Origin: Raphidiopsis brookii D9
Lineage (GTDB): Bacteria; Cyanobacteriota; Cyanobacteriia; Cyanobacteriales; Nostocaceae
Direction of reading: 5' to 3'
Length of the DNA stretch: 32,000 bases
Assembly (NCBI GenBank): GCA_000175855.1
Contig: ACYB01000035.1
Location: 480,001-512,000, forward strand
In this document: positions 17,095 through 26,070 of the stretch, piece after piece
Layout: each line of letters begins with the position of its first letter
Numbering within the stretch: the first letter of the stretch is position 1
Translations under genes and position numbers: made by a program
The notes under the pieces: generated by a model
Told to the model about the DNA's origin: nothing
Database searches by the model: none
The model's input: only the letters and a program-made list of their open reading frames with translations

Positions 17095-17991
17095 CTACCT
17101 TGAAACATAAGCTAGAGCAAAACGATTAATTCCAGCTAGGTCAGTGTGAATAGAAATATGGGAATAATTGCCATTATTTATCAGCATTTCTCTAACCATT
17201 TCGTCTTGTCCAGCCATCATTTCAATTAACCATACACCACCTGGGAGCAAATAGTGGGGAGAAACTTCTACTAGATAACGAATTGCTTCCAAACCGTCCA
17301 CACCTCCATCTAAAGCTAAATGGGGTTCGTGCTTGACTACTTCCGGTTCTAGGGTTCCTATCAGATCACTAGGAATATAAGGTGGATTGGACACCATACC
17401 ACTAATTTTACCCTTGAGGTGATTTAGAGGTTCCCACCAGCACCCCTGGTGGAATTCCACCCGCTGTGTAAAACCCAGGTTCCTTGCATTTGTCCTAGCA
17501 ACGGCCAAAGCCTGTTCGCTTATGTCCGTACCATAAATCTTAGCATTTGTCAATACCTCTACCAAACCCAGGGCGATCGCTCCACTACCAGTACCTAAAT
17601 CCACCCAGATTCCGGATTGCAGGTCTTGGTTAGCAGATTCGATCACCAGGTCAATGAGTATCTCCGTTTCTGGTCTGGGGATTAACACTGCGTCGGACAC
17701 AGCAAGGGTAAAGTTTCGCCAAGGGGTTCTACCTGCAAGATACTGAATTGGCACTCTTTGTTGTAACCGCTTTTGCCACAGACTGTCTAATTCAGCTAGG
17801 GATAGCACCATGGTCATTTCTTGGTAGTCTTTAAAAGATTCCAAACGCAGTGTTAATTTGTCCATTCCTGCTAGCTCTTGTAAGAGCCAATCCACCTCTC
17901 GTGGTGAAATACCCTTAACTAAAGCAGTAGTTATAGCCGAATTTCGCCATTTCCATAGTGCAATTCCGCTAGTTAGCTGTTGATTAATCAT
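17095..17991 (-). CDS. prmC: release-factor glutamine N5-methyltransferase PrmC (HemK)
   Basis: SAM-binding motif DLGTGSGAIAL and catalytic NPPY. Its ATG overlaps the tic22 stop (ATGA at 17988-17991). Confidence 0.9.
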   Translation of the reverse strand: MINQQLTSGIALWKWRNSAITTALVKGISPREVDWLLQELAGMDKLTLRLESFKDYQEMTMVLSLAELDSLWQKRLQQRVPIQYLAGRTPWRNFTLAVSDAVLIPRPETEILIDLVIESANQDLQSGIWVDLGTGSGAIALGLVEVLTNAKIYGTDISEQALAVARTNARNLGFTQRVEFHQGCWWEPLNHLKGKISGMVSNPPYIPSDLIGTLEPEVVKHEPHLALDGGVDGLEAIRYLVEVSPHYLLPGGVWLIEMMAGQDEMVREMLINNGNYSHISIHTDLAGINRFALAYVSR

Positions 17992-18806
17992 GAGCGTGGT
18001 TTTGGGGGTATGGTTTTTGGCTGGGCGCTATTGGAACGCAGACTATTAAGGTGTTGTCTGGATTCGGGGGATGGAATCAAAACCAGCTGTTTTAACCAAT
18101 CATCGTTGTTTTGAGTCAAGATATTAATTAATCCATCCACACCTACAACCTGAATATAGGACTGGGGGAACTTTCCCTTCACCTTGGTCAGTAAATTTTG
18201 GGCATCTTGTTTGCTAAAAAACAAGGGAATTATGGTTTGGGGTTTTTTCCCACCTACTTGAATAGTAATGTGACTTTTATCCTTCCCAGATATGACCATA
18301 AAAATCGGCACACTTTTTAACTGCTCTACCCGTTGACCACTAGCTTTCATTAGCTGTGCTGCTCCCGTCATTTCTTGGGACACCGGGTTAAAGGAAAACA
18401 AAAGCTGACTAGGTTGATTTTGTTGTTGTTGCTGTTTTTGATATATAAGTCCCAAAGGTACGGTAGTAACCTGCAACTTTTTGAGCATTTCCTGGTTTTT
18501 TGGGTCCTTGTCTTTCCCTCGAATTTGCCTAAACTTTTGCACAAAGTTTAAAGCTTCTTGACGGCTCATATATACATCCGTTACTGCTCTTTCCTGTTTT
18601 CCATCTTGGGAAGATATCATGCGACTTAAAGGTGTACCCTGGTCATTAGTTATCAAGTACACTGGAACTGCATCTAATTTACCCTTAATTTCTTGTGGTG
18701 GTAAGGCAAATACGGTGTTACCATGGCTTAAAGTAATCCCTAAAGTACTAGCGATTAAACCCAAGTTAATACCCACACGAACTAATGACTTGATAAATGA
18801 TTTCAT
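17988..18806 (-). CDS. Tic22-family periplasmic protein
   Basis: Signal peptide followed by two Tic22-like repeats (LDAVPVYLITNDQGTPL; VPIFMVISGKD; PLFFSKQDAQ). A poly-Q linker (QKQQQQQNQ) separates them. Confidence 0.78.
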   Translation of the reverse strand: MKSFIKSLVRVGINLGLIASTLGITLSHGNTVFALPPQEIKGKLDAVPVYLITNDQGTPLSRMISSQDGKQERAVTDVYMSRQEALNFVQKFRQIRGKDKDPKNQEMLKKLQVTTVPLGLIYQKQQQQQNQPSQLLFSFNPVSQEMTGAAQLMKASGQRVEQLKSVPIFMVISGKDKSHITIQVGGKKPQTIIPLFFSKQDAQNLLTKVKGKFPQSYIQVVGVDGLINILTQNNDDWLKQLVLIPSPESRQHLNSLRSNSAQPKTIPPKPRS

Positions 18807-18914
18807 AACTGCTTCTGTCTAATTGGGCTTTATTACCAAGAACGGGTGGAGGAAAATCCTCACACCCCTTGACATTAATTTCTTGACATTAGTTTCATGG
18901 TCAAGATATTTATA

Positions 18915-20969
18915 TCAAGTTACACCGAAAACAATAACTAAGCCCAAAACAGCTCCGAACACAATCAGAGCATAAAACTGAGCGCGACCATTTTCTAGGT
19001 ACTTCAGACCCTCACCACTGACCAGGGTGAAAAACCCAGTCAAATTAACCGCACCATCTACAACTCGAAAATCAACTTCCATAACTTGTCGAGCTACACG
19101 ACGCAAACCAAGAACAAACACCCGATAATAGATATCGTCAAAGTACCATTTATTCAACGATAACTCGTACAGAGACCGGAACTTAGCAGCGATCGCACTG
19201 GGGTCAATTTTCTTAGACCAATACATAAGAATTGCCAAAGTAATGCCCACCACAGAAATAGCTACAGAACTACCCGCCATGAGATAAAATTCATGGGGGT
19301 CAAATTTTGACGCTTTTTCCATTACTTCTGTGAGAGTTTCGGTTGGGGAAAAAATAAACTGCTCAAAATAGTTAGCATAGGGAGTTCCCACCAGTCCAAT
19401 CAGAATAGAAGGAATAGCCAATACTAACAAGGGTAGAGTCATCGTCCAAGGAGACTCATGGGGTGAGTGTCCATGACCATGACTTTCCAACTCACCTTTT
19501 TTCATTGCTCCTGGTCCAAAATTAGGTTGCAATTCCCCGCCTAACTTAGCAGTAGCTTGTTTGAGCATGGTTTTGATGGTTTGGTCATTACCCCGGAATT
19601 GACCCTCAAATGTTGAGAAATACATTCTAAACATGTAAAAGGCGGTGATTCCAGCAGTTACCCAACCAATCAACCATAGTAAAGGATTTGCAGCAAAAGC
19701 TGCACCCAATATTTCATCTTTAGACCAGAACCCAGCAAAGGGTGGAATCCCAGCAATTGCCAAACAACCTATTAAAAAGGTAATCCCCGTAGCTGGCATA
19801 TATTTCCTTAATCCACCCATTAAGCGCATGTCCTGAGCTAAAACTGGGTCGTGACCCACCACTCCTTCCATACCATGAATCACTGACCCAGAACCCAAAA
19901 ACAGCATTGCTTTAAAATAAGCATGGGTCATCAGGTGAAATAAACCCGCACTGTAAGCACCCACTCCCATGGCCATGACCATATAACCCAATTGAGAAAT
20001 GGTGGAGTACGCCAGTCCCTTTTTAATGTCATTTTGGGTAATGGCAATAGTCGCTCCCAAAAATGCTGTAAATGCTCCCGTAAAGGCAATCACATTCATA
20101 GCAGCTGGCACGTGTTCAAACACCGGATACATTCGCGCAATTAAAAATACGCCTGCTGCTACCATTGTAGCTGCATGGATAAGCGCAGAAATCGGTGTGG
20201 GACCTTCCATAGCATCTGGGAGCCACACATGCAGCGGAAATTGGGCTGATTTGGCTACTGGACCGAGAAACACCAAAATGGCAAACAGAATCGCCAATGC
20301 ATTGCTAATAGTACCCGATTCTACCAATTCTCCTAGGCGATCGCCCATGATAGTAAAATCAAAGCTACCTGTGGCCCAAAACAGTCCTAGAATCCCCAGC
20401 AACAACCCAAAGTCACCTACTCGGTTAGTTACAAATGCCTTTTGACAGGCCTCTGCTGCTGGTTTGCGGTCATACCAAAAACCCACCAGTAGGTATGAAC
20501 ACATCCCTACCAATTCCCAAAAAATGTAAACTTGCACTAAATTAGGACTCAGTACCAACCCTAACATCGAAGAGCCGAATAAACTGAGATAAGCATAAAA
20601 TCGCACGTAACCCGGGTCATGACACATGTAGCCATCTGTGTAAATCATCACCAAAAAAGCTACCGTGGTTACCACTACTAACATCATAGCTGTCAGGTGG
20701 TCAATAGTATAGCCCATACTTAGGTGAAAGTTACCTGCTGATGCCCATTCCAGAGTAATTGTGTAGGGCGCATGACCTTGGTATTGACTCCATAACAATG
20801 CCATAGAGAGACCCATAGCAATTCCCATCAAGGAGACAATCAGAACAGCATTTAGCTGTCGCAGGCGATTTGTTGTCTGATTTAACGATATTAGTCCTAG
20901 ACCTACCAGCATTGCTCCTAAGAGGGGTAAAACTGGAATTATCCAGGCATACTGATAGATTACTTCCAT
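18915..20969 (-). CDS. ndhF: NAD(P)H-quinone oxidoreductase subunit 5 (NDH-1 subunit F, NdhF1-type by length)
   Basis: MEVIYQYAWIIPVLPLLGA is the canonical NdhF N-terminus. Proton-pumping antiporter-like motifs are present throughout. The track start at 20972 is GTG; the ATG is at 20969. Confidence 0.93.
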   Translation of the reverse strand: MEVIYQYAWIIPVLPLLGAMLVGLGLISLNQTTNRLRQLNAVLIVSLMGIAMGLSMALLWSQYQGHAPYTITLEWASAGNFHLSMGYTIDHLTAMMLVVVTTVAFLVMIYTDGYMCHDPGYVRFYAYLSLFGSSMLGLVLSPNLVQVYIFWELVGMCSYLLVGFWYDRKPAAEACQKAFVTNRVGDFGLLLGILGLFWATGSFDFTIMGDRLGELVESGTISNALAILFAILVFLGPVAKSAQFPLHVWLPDAMEGPTPISALIHAATMVAAGVFLIARMYPVFEHVPAAMNVIAFTGAFTAFLGATIAITQNDIKKGLAYSTISQLGYMVMAMGVGAYSAGLFHLMTHAYFKAMLFLGSGSVIHGMEGVVGHDPVLAQDMRLMGGLRKYMPATGITFLIGCLAIAGIPPFAGFWSKDEILGAAFAANPLLWLIGWVTAGITAFYMFRMYFSTFEGQFRGNDQTIKTMLKQATAKLGGELQPNFGPGAMKKGELESHGHGHSPHESPWTMTLPLLVLAIPSILIGLVGTPYANYFEQFIFSPTETLTEVMEKASKFDPHEFYLMAGSSVAISVVGITLAILMYWSKKIDPSAIAAKFRSLYELSLNKWYFDDIYYRVFVLGLRRVARQVMEVDFRVVDGAVNLTGFFTLVSGEGLKYLENGRAQFYALIVFGAVLGLVIVFGVT

Positions 20970-21206
20970 CACTCACGCCTACTTTCAAAATTTTGACCAT
21001 TTGAGGACAATAATGCCACAACTTTCCCCTTGATGACTGTGGATTAGGAAATGAGAGCAAATCAAAATTTTTTTCACCTCTTCTATATCCAGGATGCAAC
21101 AACTGGGCGGGAATTACCTCTCTGCTATATAAAATCTAGACAAAACTAGACTTTACTTTCTAATTCAACGGGAGCGAGGGGTTATCCCTCAGTTAATAGG
21201 ACTTTC

Positions 21207-21605
21207 TTATGTTAAAGATATAGGTACGCCTACTTTTTTGCCTGTTTCCCTTTTTCTCTTTCCCACTCCCCTGTTACTAATATATTTGTATTTTATTTCT
21301 CCCAATGCTTGACGTAAATCATCCCGACTGCGAAAACCTTCTAAACGTTCCCGGACAATTCCCTTTTCTATTAGTAGTAGGGTTGGTAGGGATTTCAGTC
21401 TATAGGTCGTAGACAACTTAAAATTTTGGTCGGCGTTAACCCCCACCAGTTTCACGCCTACCCCGCATTCAGCTTGAAACTGTAGCAACAATGGATGGAT
21501 AAGACGACACAATCCACACCAGGGAGCCTCAAAATTAACTAACACAGGTACTGAGGACTCTAAAACTTCTTCAGTAAATGTTCGATCACTAACCGATAAC
21601 ACCAT
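21207..21605 (-). CDS. trxC: atypical thioredoxin with WCGLC active site (TrxC-type)
   Basis: The ATG at 21605 gives MVLSVSDRTFTEEVLESSVPVLVNFEAPWCGLCRLI. The thioredoxin fold is followed by a basic C-terminal tail (NRGVGKRKRETGKKVG). As I recall, WCGLC is the signature of cyanobacteria-specific TrxC. Confidence 0.75.
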   Translation of the reverse strand: MVLSVSDRTFTEEVLESSVPVLVNFEAPWCGLCRLIHPLLLQFQAECGVGVKLVGVNADQNFKLSTTYRLKSLPTLLLIEKGIVRERLEGFRSRDDLRQALGEIKYKYISNRGVGKRKRETGKKVGVPISLT

Positions 21606-22026
21606 GACGCCTCTTGATTTATAGGGTTTTTTATCACCAGCAACTATCACCGACAGGTCTTAAGAAAATCAGATTTCTATGTGAAATTAGGGGATTGACC
21701 ACCCGCAATTTCTGACCTTCTTTTGCTCCGACACCAAAAATATTTAGGGACAGTTATAAAATTACTGTCAGGATATGCATGGTATCTTATCGCATTAAAC
21801 AGTTTCTATTTTTATTATTGGTTTTATCCAAACCAAGATATCTATCGGCTAGTCACCATGCATTAACTATGTTTTGGGTTTGCTTCATTGATAATCCAGG
21901 TAATAATCTAGTATGACACAATTTGGGGATCATTAACCACTTTTAAGAAAGGCGGATAATTTAACCAACAGTTTAGCCAAATTAGTGAAATTAAAATCTT
22001 ATGGCAACAGTAGGGATCGTTGCTAA

Positions 22027-22743
22027 CTACCATAATACCATATTGCTGGACAGGATTAACAAAGGATGAGACCACCAAAATAAACCTACAAAAATGGCGA
22101 CTCCCAAGTAAGCAGGACGAATAAATTCCTGCCACTTTAGCGATTGTCGACCATCAAAAATTGCTTGAAAGGGAATAATGGAAGTGCGCTGTCTGACTAG
22201 TTCAAAAGCTTCACCATATCTTTGACTCAACCGGTGATCTCCATGCCAAACTCCAAATAAATGGTGTAAAATTAAACCCAGTGATGTCACCAAAGTGAAG
22301 CTGGTGCCAATCCAAAGGGTGTGGGCAATACACCAGATCACTTGTCCTACCATTTGTGGGTGGCGAGTAATCCGAATAATACCTGTTTCATAAAGGTGGA
22401 CTTGAGGCTTTTGAATGGCAGCAATTTCTAGTAAATTGAAGGTAGCAGGATATAAAAATAAAAAGGAAATCGCTGATAATACCCAAACGGTTAACTTTAC
22501 TCCCCCCATATCTTGTAATTGCCATAGTTGCCAACCATCATAACGATGATTAAAAAAGTAGCTAATTAAGACCGCTGCTAGGGGTAGGCTAATCAGTGCA
22601 AATGCGATTCGATACAATCTAGGTCCAACTTGTTTTTCTGCCCAGGGACGCAGAGCTGCACCTCCACTATGGGCGATCGCAAAAATCAACTGTAAACCCA
22701 ACATGATAAAATGACTGGTGGTCAACCAAGAATTGGAAATCAT
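22027..22743 (-). CDS. NnrU-family membrane protein (related to the Z-ISO C-terminal domain)
   Basis: Polytopic membrane protein with ITRHPQMVGQVIWCIAHTLW and HHLFGVWHGDHRL. The track start at 22752 is TTG; the ATG is at 22743. Confidence 0.75.
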   Translation of the reverse strand: MISNSWLTTSHFIMLGLQLIFAIAHSGGAALRPWAEKQVGPRLYRIAFALISLPLAAVLISYFFNHRYDGWQLWQLQDMGGVKLTVWVLSAISFLFLYPATFNLLEIAAIQKPQVHLYETGIIRITRHPQMVGQVIWCIAHTLWIGTSFTLVTSLGLILHHLFGVWHGDHRLSQRYGEAFELVRQRTSIIPFQAIFDGRQSLKWQEFIRPAYLGVAIFVGLFWWSHPLLILSSNMVLW

Positions 22744-22830
22744 AAAGTACAACTCGAATCCAACATTTACAATACCTCAGTGTAGCTAAGTGCAGGTAAC
22801 AAATATAGAGTTAAAAACAGCTAACCGGTA

Positions 22831-22857
22831 AATGATATAAAAGTCATATAAATCATT
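22831..22857. promoter_or_regulatory. palindrome AATGAT-N15-ATCATT in the nnrU/rbcR divergent intergenic region (candidate LysR-type operator)
   Basis: Perfect 6-bp arms at 22831-22836 and 22852-22857. The site lies about 70-100 nt upstream of the rbcR ATG. The function is inferred only from position. Confidence 0.25.
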
Positions 22858-22928
22858 GCCCATGTTAAAACTACCTGCGCCAATTAATTTTCCCAGATGC
22901 TCTTTCCCTAGTTTATAGGTTAAGCCCT

Positions 22929-23948
22929 ATGTCTGACCTTCCTTTCACTTTAGACCAGTTACGCATTCTCAAAGCTATTGCCCAAGAAGGGAGCTTTAAA
23001 CGTGCTGCTGAGAGTCTTTATGTCTCCCAACCAGCTGTCAGCTTGCAAGTACAAAACCTGGAACGTCAGTTAGATGTTCCCCTATTTGACCGGGGTGGGA
23101 GACGGGCCCAACTGACTGAAGCTGGACATCTCCTCCTTAGCTATGGTGAAAAAATCTTGGGTTTGTGCCAAGAAACTTGCCGTGCAATTGAGGATTTACA
23201 AAATCTTCAAGGTGGTACCCTGATTGTCGGTGCTTCTCAAACTACGGGAACATACCTGCTACCACGTATGATTGGTATGTTTCGTCAAAAATACCCCGAT
23301 GTGGCCGTACAACTTCATGTTCACTCAACCCGTCGTACAGCATGGAGTGTGGCTAATGGACAGGTTGATTTGGCAATTATTGGTGGTGAAATACCCACGG
23401 AACTGGCAGAATATTTGGAGGTTCTCCCATACTCTGAAGATGAGTTAGCCCTCATATTACCCACCTTCCACCCTTTTACCAAACTCCATACCATTCAAAA
23501 GGAAGACCTATATAAACTACAGTTTATTGCCCTCGATTCCCAATCTACTATCCGTAAAGTTATTGACCATGTGCTAGTACGTTGTGGTCTTGATACTAGA
23601 AGATTTAAATTTGAAATGGAGCTAAATTCCATTGAAGCTATTAAAAATGCTGTTCAGTCCGGTTTGGGCGCTGCCTTTGTTTCTACTTCAGCTATTGTTA
23701 AGGAGTTACAAATGGGCATGCTCCATCGCTCAACCATTGAGGGTGTAATTGTCAAACGCACACTGTGGTTGATTTTTAACCCTAACCGCTATCGTTCTAA
23801 AGCTGCAGAAGCTTTCAGCGAAGAAATTCTTCCCCGCTTTGCTAATCCTGGATGGAATCCAAATGCCTTAAAAACCTCAACACCTACTAATAATCTGTTA
23901 GATATAGACACAGATAATGACAGTTTATTCGCATCAGATTCGGAATAA
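22929..23948 (+). CDS. rbcR: LysR-family transcriptional regulator RbcR (Ycf30, CbbR-type)
   Basis: The N-terminus [52 protein letters not shown] is the Ycf30/RbcR signature. It is distinct from the NdhR/CmpR N-termini. Confidence 0.82.
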   Translation: MSDLPFTLDQLRILKAIAQEGSFKRAAESLYVSQPAVSLQVQNLERQLDVPLFDRGGRRAQLTEAGHLLLSYGEKILGLCQETCRAIEDLQNLQGGTLIVGASQTTGTYLLPRMIGMFRQKYPDVAVQLHVHSTRRTAWSVANGQVDLAIIGGEIPTELAEYLEVLPYSEDELALILPTFHPFTKLHTIQKEDLYKLQFIALDSQSTIRKVIDHVLVRCGLDTRRFKFEMELNSIEAIKNAVQSGLGAAFVSTSAIVKELQMGMLHRSTIEGVIVKRTLWLIFNPNRYRSKAAEAFSEEILPRFANPGWNPNALKTSTPTNNLLDIDTDNDSLFASDSE

Positions 23949-23967
23949 TTCACATTAACTTACTTCT

Positions 23968-25776
23968 ATGGAAAACTGGCAATTTCTAATCCAGAAACAG
24001 GGCGATCGCCATTGGCAAAGTCTCGACTCCTCCCGTTTGGAAATTTCGCTGGGTAGATATAGGGTCTTGGCTCGTTCTCATCTTGTTAATCAACAGGTGG
24101 AGGTACTAGTAACCCATTCTCTCCCTTGGGCAGATCAATCTAAAAAGCCGATTATTCAGGGCACTCGTCGGTCTAATCAGGATGGTTGGATCGCAGTTTT
24201 ACCTTTTACTGATCTCCAAGAGGGAATTTGGGAATTACAATGCTGGGGAAGGGTAGAAGAGGAGGATGAATCTTGGCAACACAATCTTGTACTGGGGGTT
24301 TCTTCCTCTGATGAAGACGGGTTAACACCATTGGAATATAACTATCCAATTGACACTCAAGCTGAGTACAGGTTTAATGATGCTAATAGTGATGCTATTT
24401 TATCTACTGGGGAAGATTTAATCAATCAGCCAGCCAGTCCCGTCTTGTCCGGAGGAGAAACAGCAGAGGAAATTTTACAAAGAGTCATAGATTTCGCCTT
24501 ACCTAACTCCCCATCCGCTCCAGAAGATTTAGATGTATCTGGGGAGGATGTGGATCATTCCCCCTCTCTACCACTGGAACTGTTTTTGGAACAGAATACC
24601 TATATAGTTAATTGGGGTAAGCCGTTTAGTATTAACGGTTATGGAATTTTATCAAGCAACAAACAACTCACATCTCCCCCATCATCTCCCGTTAAAATAT
24701 ATCAGGTTCATTTGTCGGTTCAGGTGCGATCTCCTGGTCAATCCAAAATTCTCCTTGATTTCCCACAGCACCTCTCTACAGAAGAACTATTACCTTTTGC
24801 TTTTAGTCATAACCTTACTATTCCCCATAACTGCATATCAAAATTACTTTTGGCTACCGTAAATCTGTATGGAAGTTTTACTCCCCATGATCAGGTTATC
24901 CTACTGGCTAGTTTTCCTTTTAGTATCACAGCCAAATTTGACCAGTTACTACCCCTAACCTCACAGACCTCTCTGGTACTGTCTACTGCACCCAATCGTT
25001 ATACTGGGACTTTATCCGCTCCTTTATCTTCTCCATCACATCTGGGGTTGGAACTGTTTAATCTGGTCAAAAGACCCGAACTAGCGCATTTTCACGTTTT
25101 AGAACCAGCTCCTCATCAACCACTTCCTCCCAAAATTCAACCTCTATCTAAAGAGAGTAGATTATCACTTGTACCAGTGGAAATAGAGAAGGAATTTTAT
25201 CCGGTAGATATGGCGGTAGAAGCAAACCTGGAAGTATCGAAACAGGATACTGTCAATTTACCGAGTGATGAGATAGTTATTGATGATGCAAGTATTAATA
25301 CAATCATTAATCCGGAAGAAGACGAGCAGTATGATAGTGCTAATCAATCCCCGGAGTTGGAAAAACAATCATGGAACGATGTAAAAACTGGAAAAGAGAT
25401 ACTAGATTTAGAGAGTTTACCTACCCCTGGACTGTTTTTACCCAGTAGTGAGTTACTAGCTGGATCTTTGATAAAAATTCGCTTGGAAGTTGATCAGATG
25501 TATCCAAATTTAACTATAAAACTATGGGTAGAAGACTGCCAAAACCGGGAGTTATTAGATGGTCCTCATATATTAAGAGATTTCCAACCCTATTCCCCGG
25601 GAAAGTGGCAAACAATTACCCAGTTGCTTGTACCCCTGGGTTGTACCCAAATTCTCATAGGGGCGATCGCCGTGGAGTCTGACAGTCAAAGGGAAAGTCA
25701 TAAGGTTACAGTCATCAGGAATCTAATGGTAAATCCACAAAGTTCGGTTCCCATATCAAGTCATAACCTTTGGTGA
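23968..25776 (+). CDS. hypothetical protein (602 aa), acidic, Pro/Ser-rich centre
   Basis: Long intact ORF starting 19 nt after rbcR. No catalytic or binding motif recognised. The N- and C-terminal roughly 100-aa segments look beta-rich. Confidence 0.6.
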   Translation: MENWQFLIQKQGDRHWQSLDSSRLEISLGRYRVLARSHLVNQQVEVLVTHSLPWADQSKKPIIQGTRRSNQDGWIAVLPFTDLQEGIWELQCWGRVEEEDESWQHNLVLGVSSSDEDGLTPLEYNYPIDTQAEYRFNDANSDAILSTGEDLINQPASPVLSGGETAEEILQRVIDFALPNSPSAPEDLDVSGEDVDHSPSLPLELFLEQNTYIVNWGKPFSINGYGILSSNKQLTSPPSSPVKIYQVHLSVQVRSPGQSKILLDFPQHLSTEELLPFAFSHNLTIPHNCISKLLLATVNLYGSFTPHDQVILLASFPFSITAKFDQLLPLTSQTSLVLSTAPNRYTGTLSAPLSSPSHLGLELFNLVKRPELAHFHVLEPAPHQPLPPKIQPLSKESRLSLVPVEIEKEFYPVDMAVEANLEVSKQDTVNLPSDEIVIDDASINTIINPEEDEQYDSANQSPELEKQSWNDVKTGKEILDLESLPTPGLFLPSSELLAGSLIKIRLEVDQMYPNLTIKLWVEDCQNRELLDGPHILRDFQPYSPGKWQTITQLLVPLGCTQILIGAIAVESDSQRESHKVTVIRNLMVNPQSSVPISSHNLW

Positions 25777-25879
25777 ACTAACCACTTGATATTGTGTTAA
25801 AAATCTTGACCATTTGTCAAAAGGGTGGAAATTGTGCAGTAAACTCCTAAGATGACCCCGATTTTCAAGGACCCTTACT

Positions 25880-26020
25880 ATGTCAGGTTCATTATTGCCA
25901 TCTATTTTGGCTTATTCTTCATTTTTGCCTTCGATTTTTGTTCCTTTAACTGGTTTAGTTTTACCAGCAGTTGCGTTCGCTTCTTTATTCTTATATATTG
26001 AAAGCGAAGATATTGGCTAG
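25880..26020 (+). CDS. psaI: photosystem I reaction centre subunit VIII (PsaI), 46 aa
   Basis: Not in the ORF track (shorter than 60 aa). Translation: [46 protein letters not shown]. The [12 protein letters not shown]...(F/M)ASLFLY core is the PsaI signature in cyanobacteria and plastids. A terminator hairpin follows. Confidence 0.85.
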   Translation: MSGSLLPSILAYSSFLPSIFVPLTGLVLPAVAFASLFLYIESEDIG

Positions 26021-26028
26021 TTGAGGCC

Positions 26029-26061
26029 CCTACCGACCCCAAAAGTCGGTGGGTATGTTTT
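26029..26061 (+). terminator. intrinsic terminator-like hairpin after psaI
   Basis: 9-bp stem (26029-26037 / 26045-26053, one G-U pair), 7-nt loop CCCAAAA, then TATGTTTT. Confidence 0.5.
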
Positions 26062-26070
26062 AATGCCTAA

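Noticed and set aside
18400-18445. CAA/CAG-rich tract encoding QKQQQQQNQ in Tic22, considered as a possible tandem repeat or variable region
   Set aside because: It is a short in-frame poly-Q linker inside a supported gene. I have no evidence of length variation from a single sequence.
19999-20445. 148-aa plus-strand ORF (and the 63-aa ORF at 19645-19836) antisense to ndhF
   Set aside because: It lies entirely inside the strongly supported ndhF gene. The product is low-complexity (Ala/Pro/Ser/Asn-rich), typical of the antisense frame of a hydrophobic membrane-protein gene, and there is no start context.
20731-21102. 123-aa minus-strand ORF spanning the ndhF start
   Set aside because: It is out of frame with ndhF and overlaps its conserved N-terminus, so it is most likely spurious.
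21681-21706. GTGAAATTAGGGGATTGACCACCCGC, which superficially resembles the ATTAGGGATTGAAAC ends of some cyanobacterial CRISPR repeats
   Set aside because: It is a single copy with no second repeat or spacer periodicity anywhere in the window and no cas genes. I cannot call it a CRISPR remnant.
21779-21928. 49-codon plus-strand ORF (MVSYRIKQFLFLLLVLSKPRYLS...) in the nnrU/trxC spacer
   Set aside because: It has no Shine-Dalgarno sequence, AT-rich random-looking composition, and no resemblance to known small photosynthetic subunits.
21908-22135. 75-aa minus-strand ORF overlapping the 3' end of the nnrU-like gene
   Set aside because: It is an alternative frame of a supported gene running into AT-rich spacer, with a Cys/Leu-rich random-looking product.
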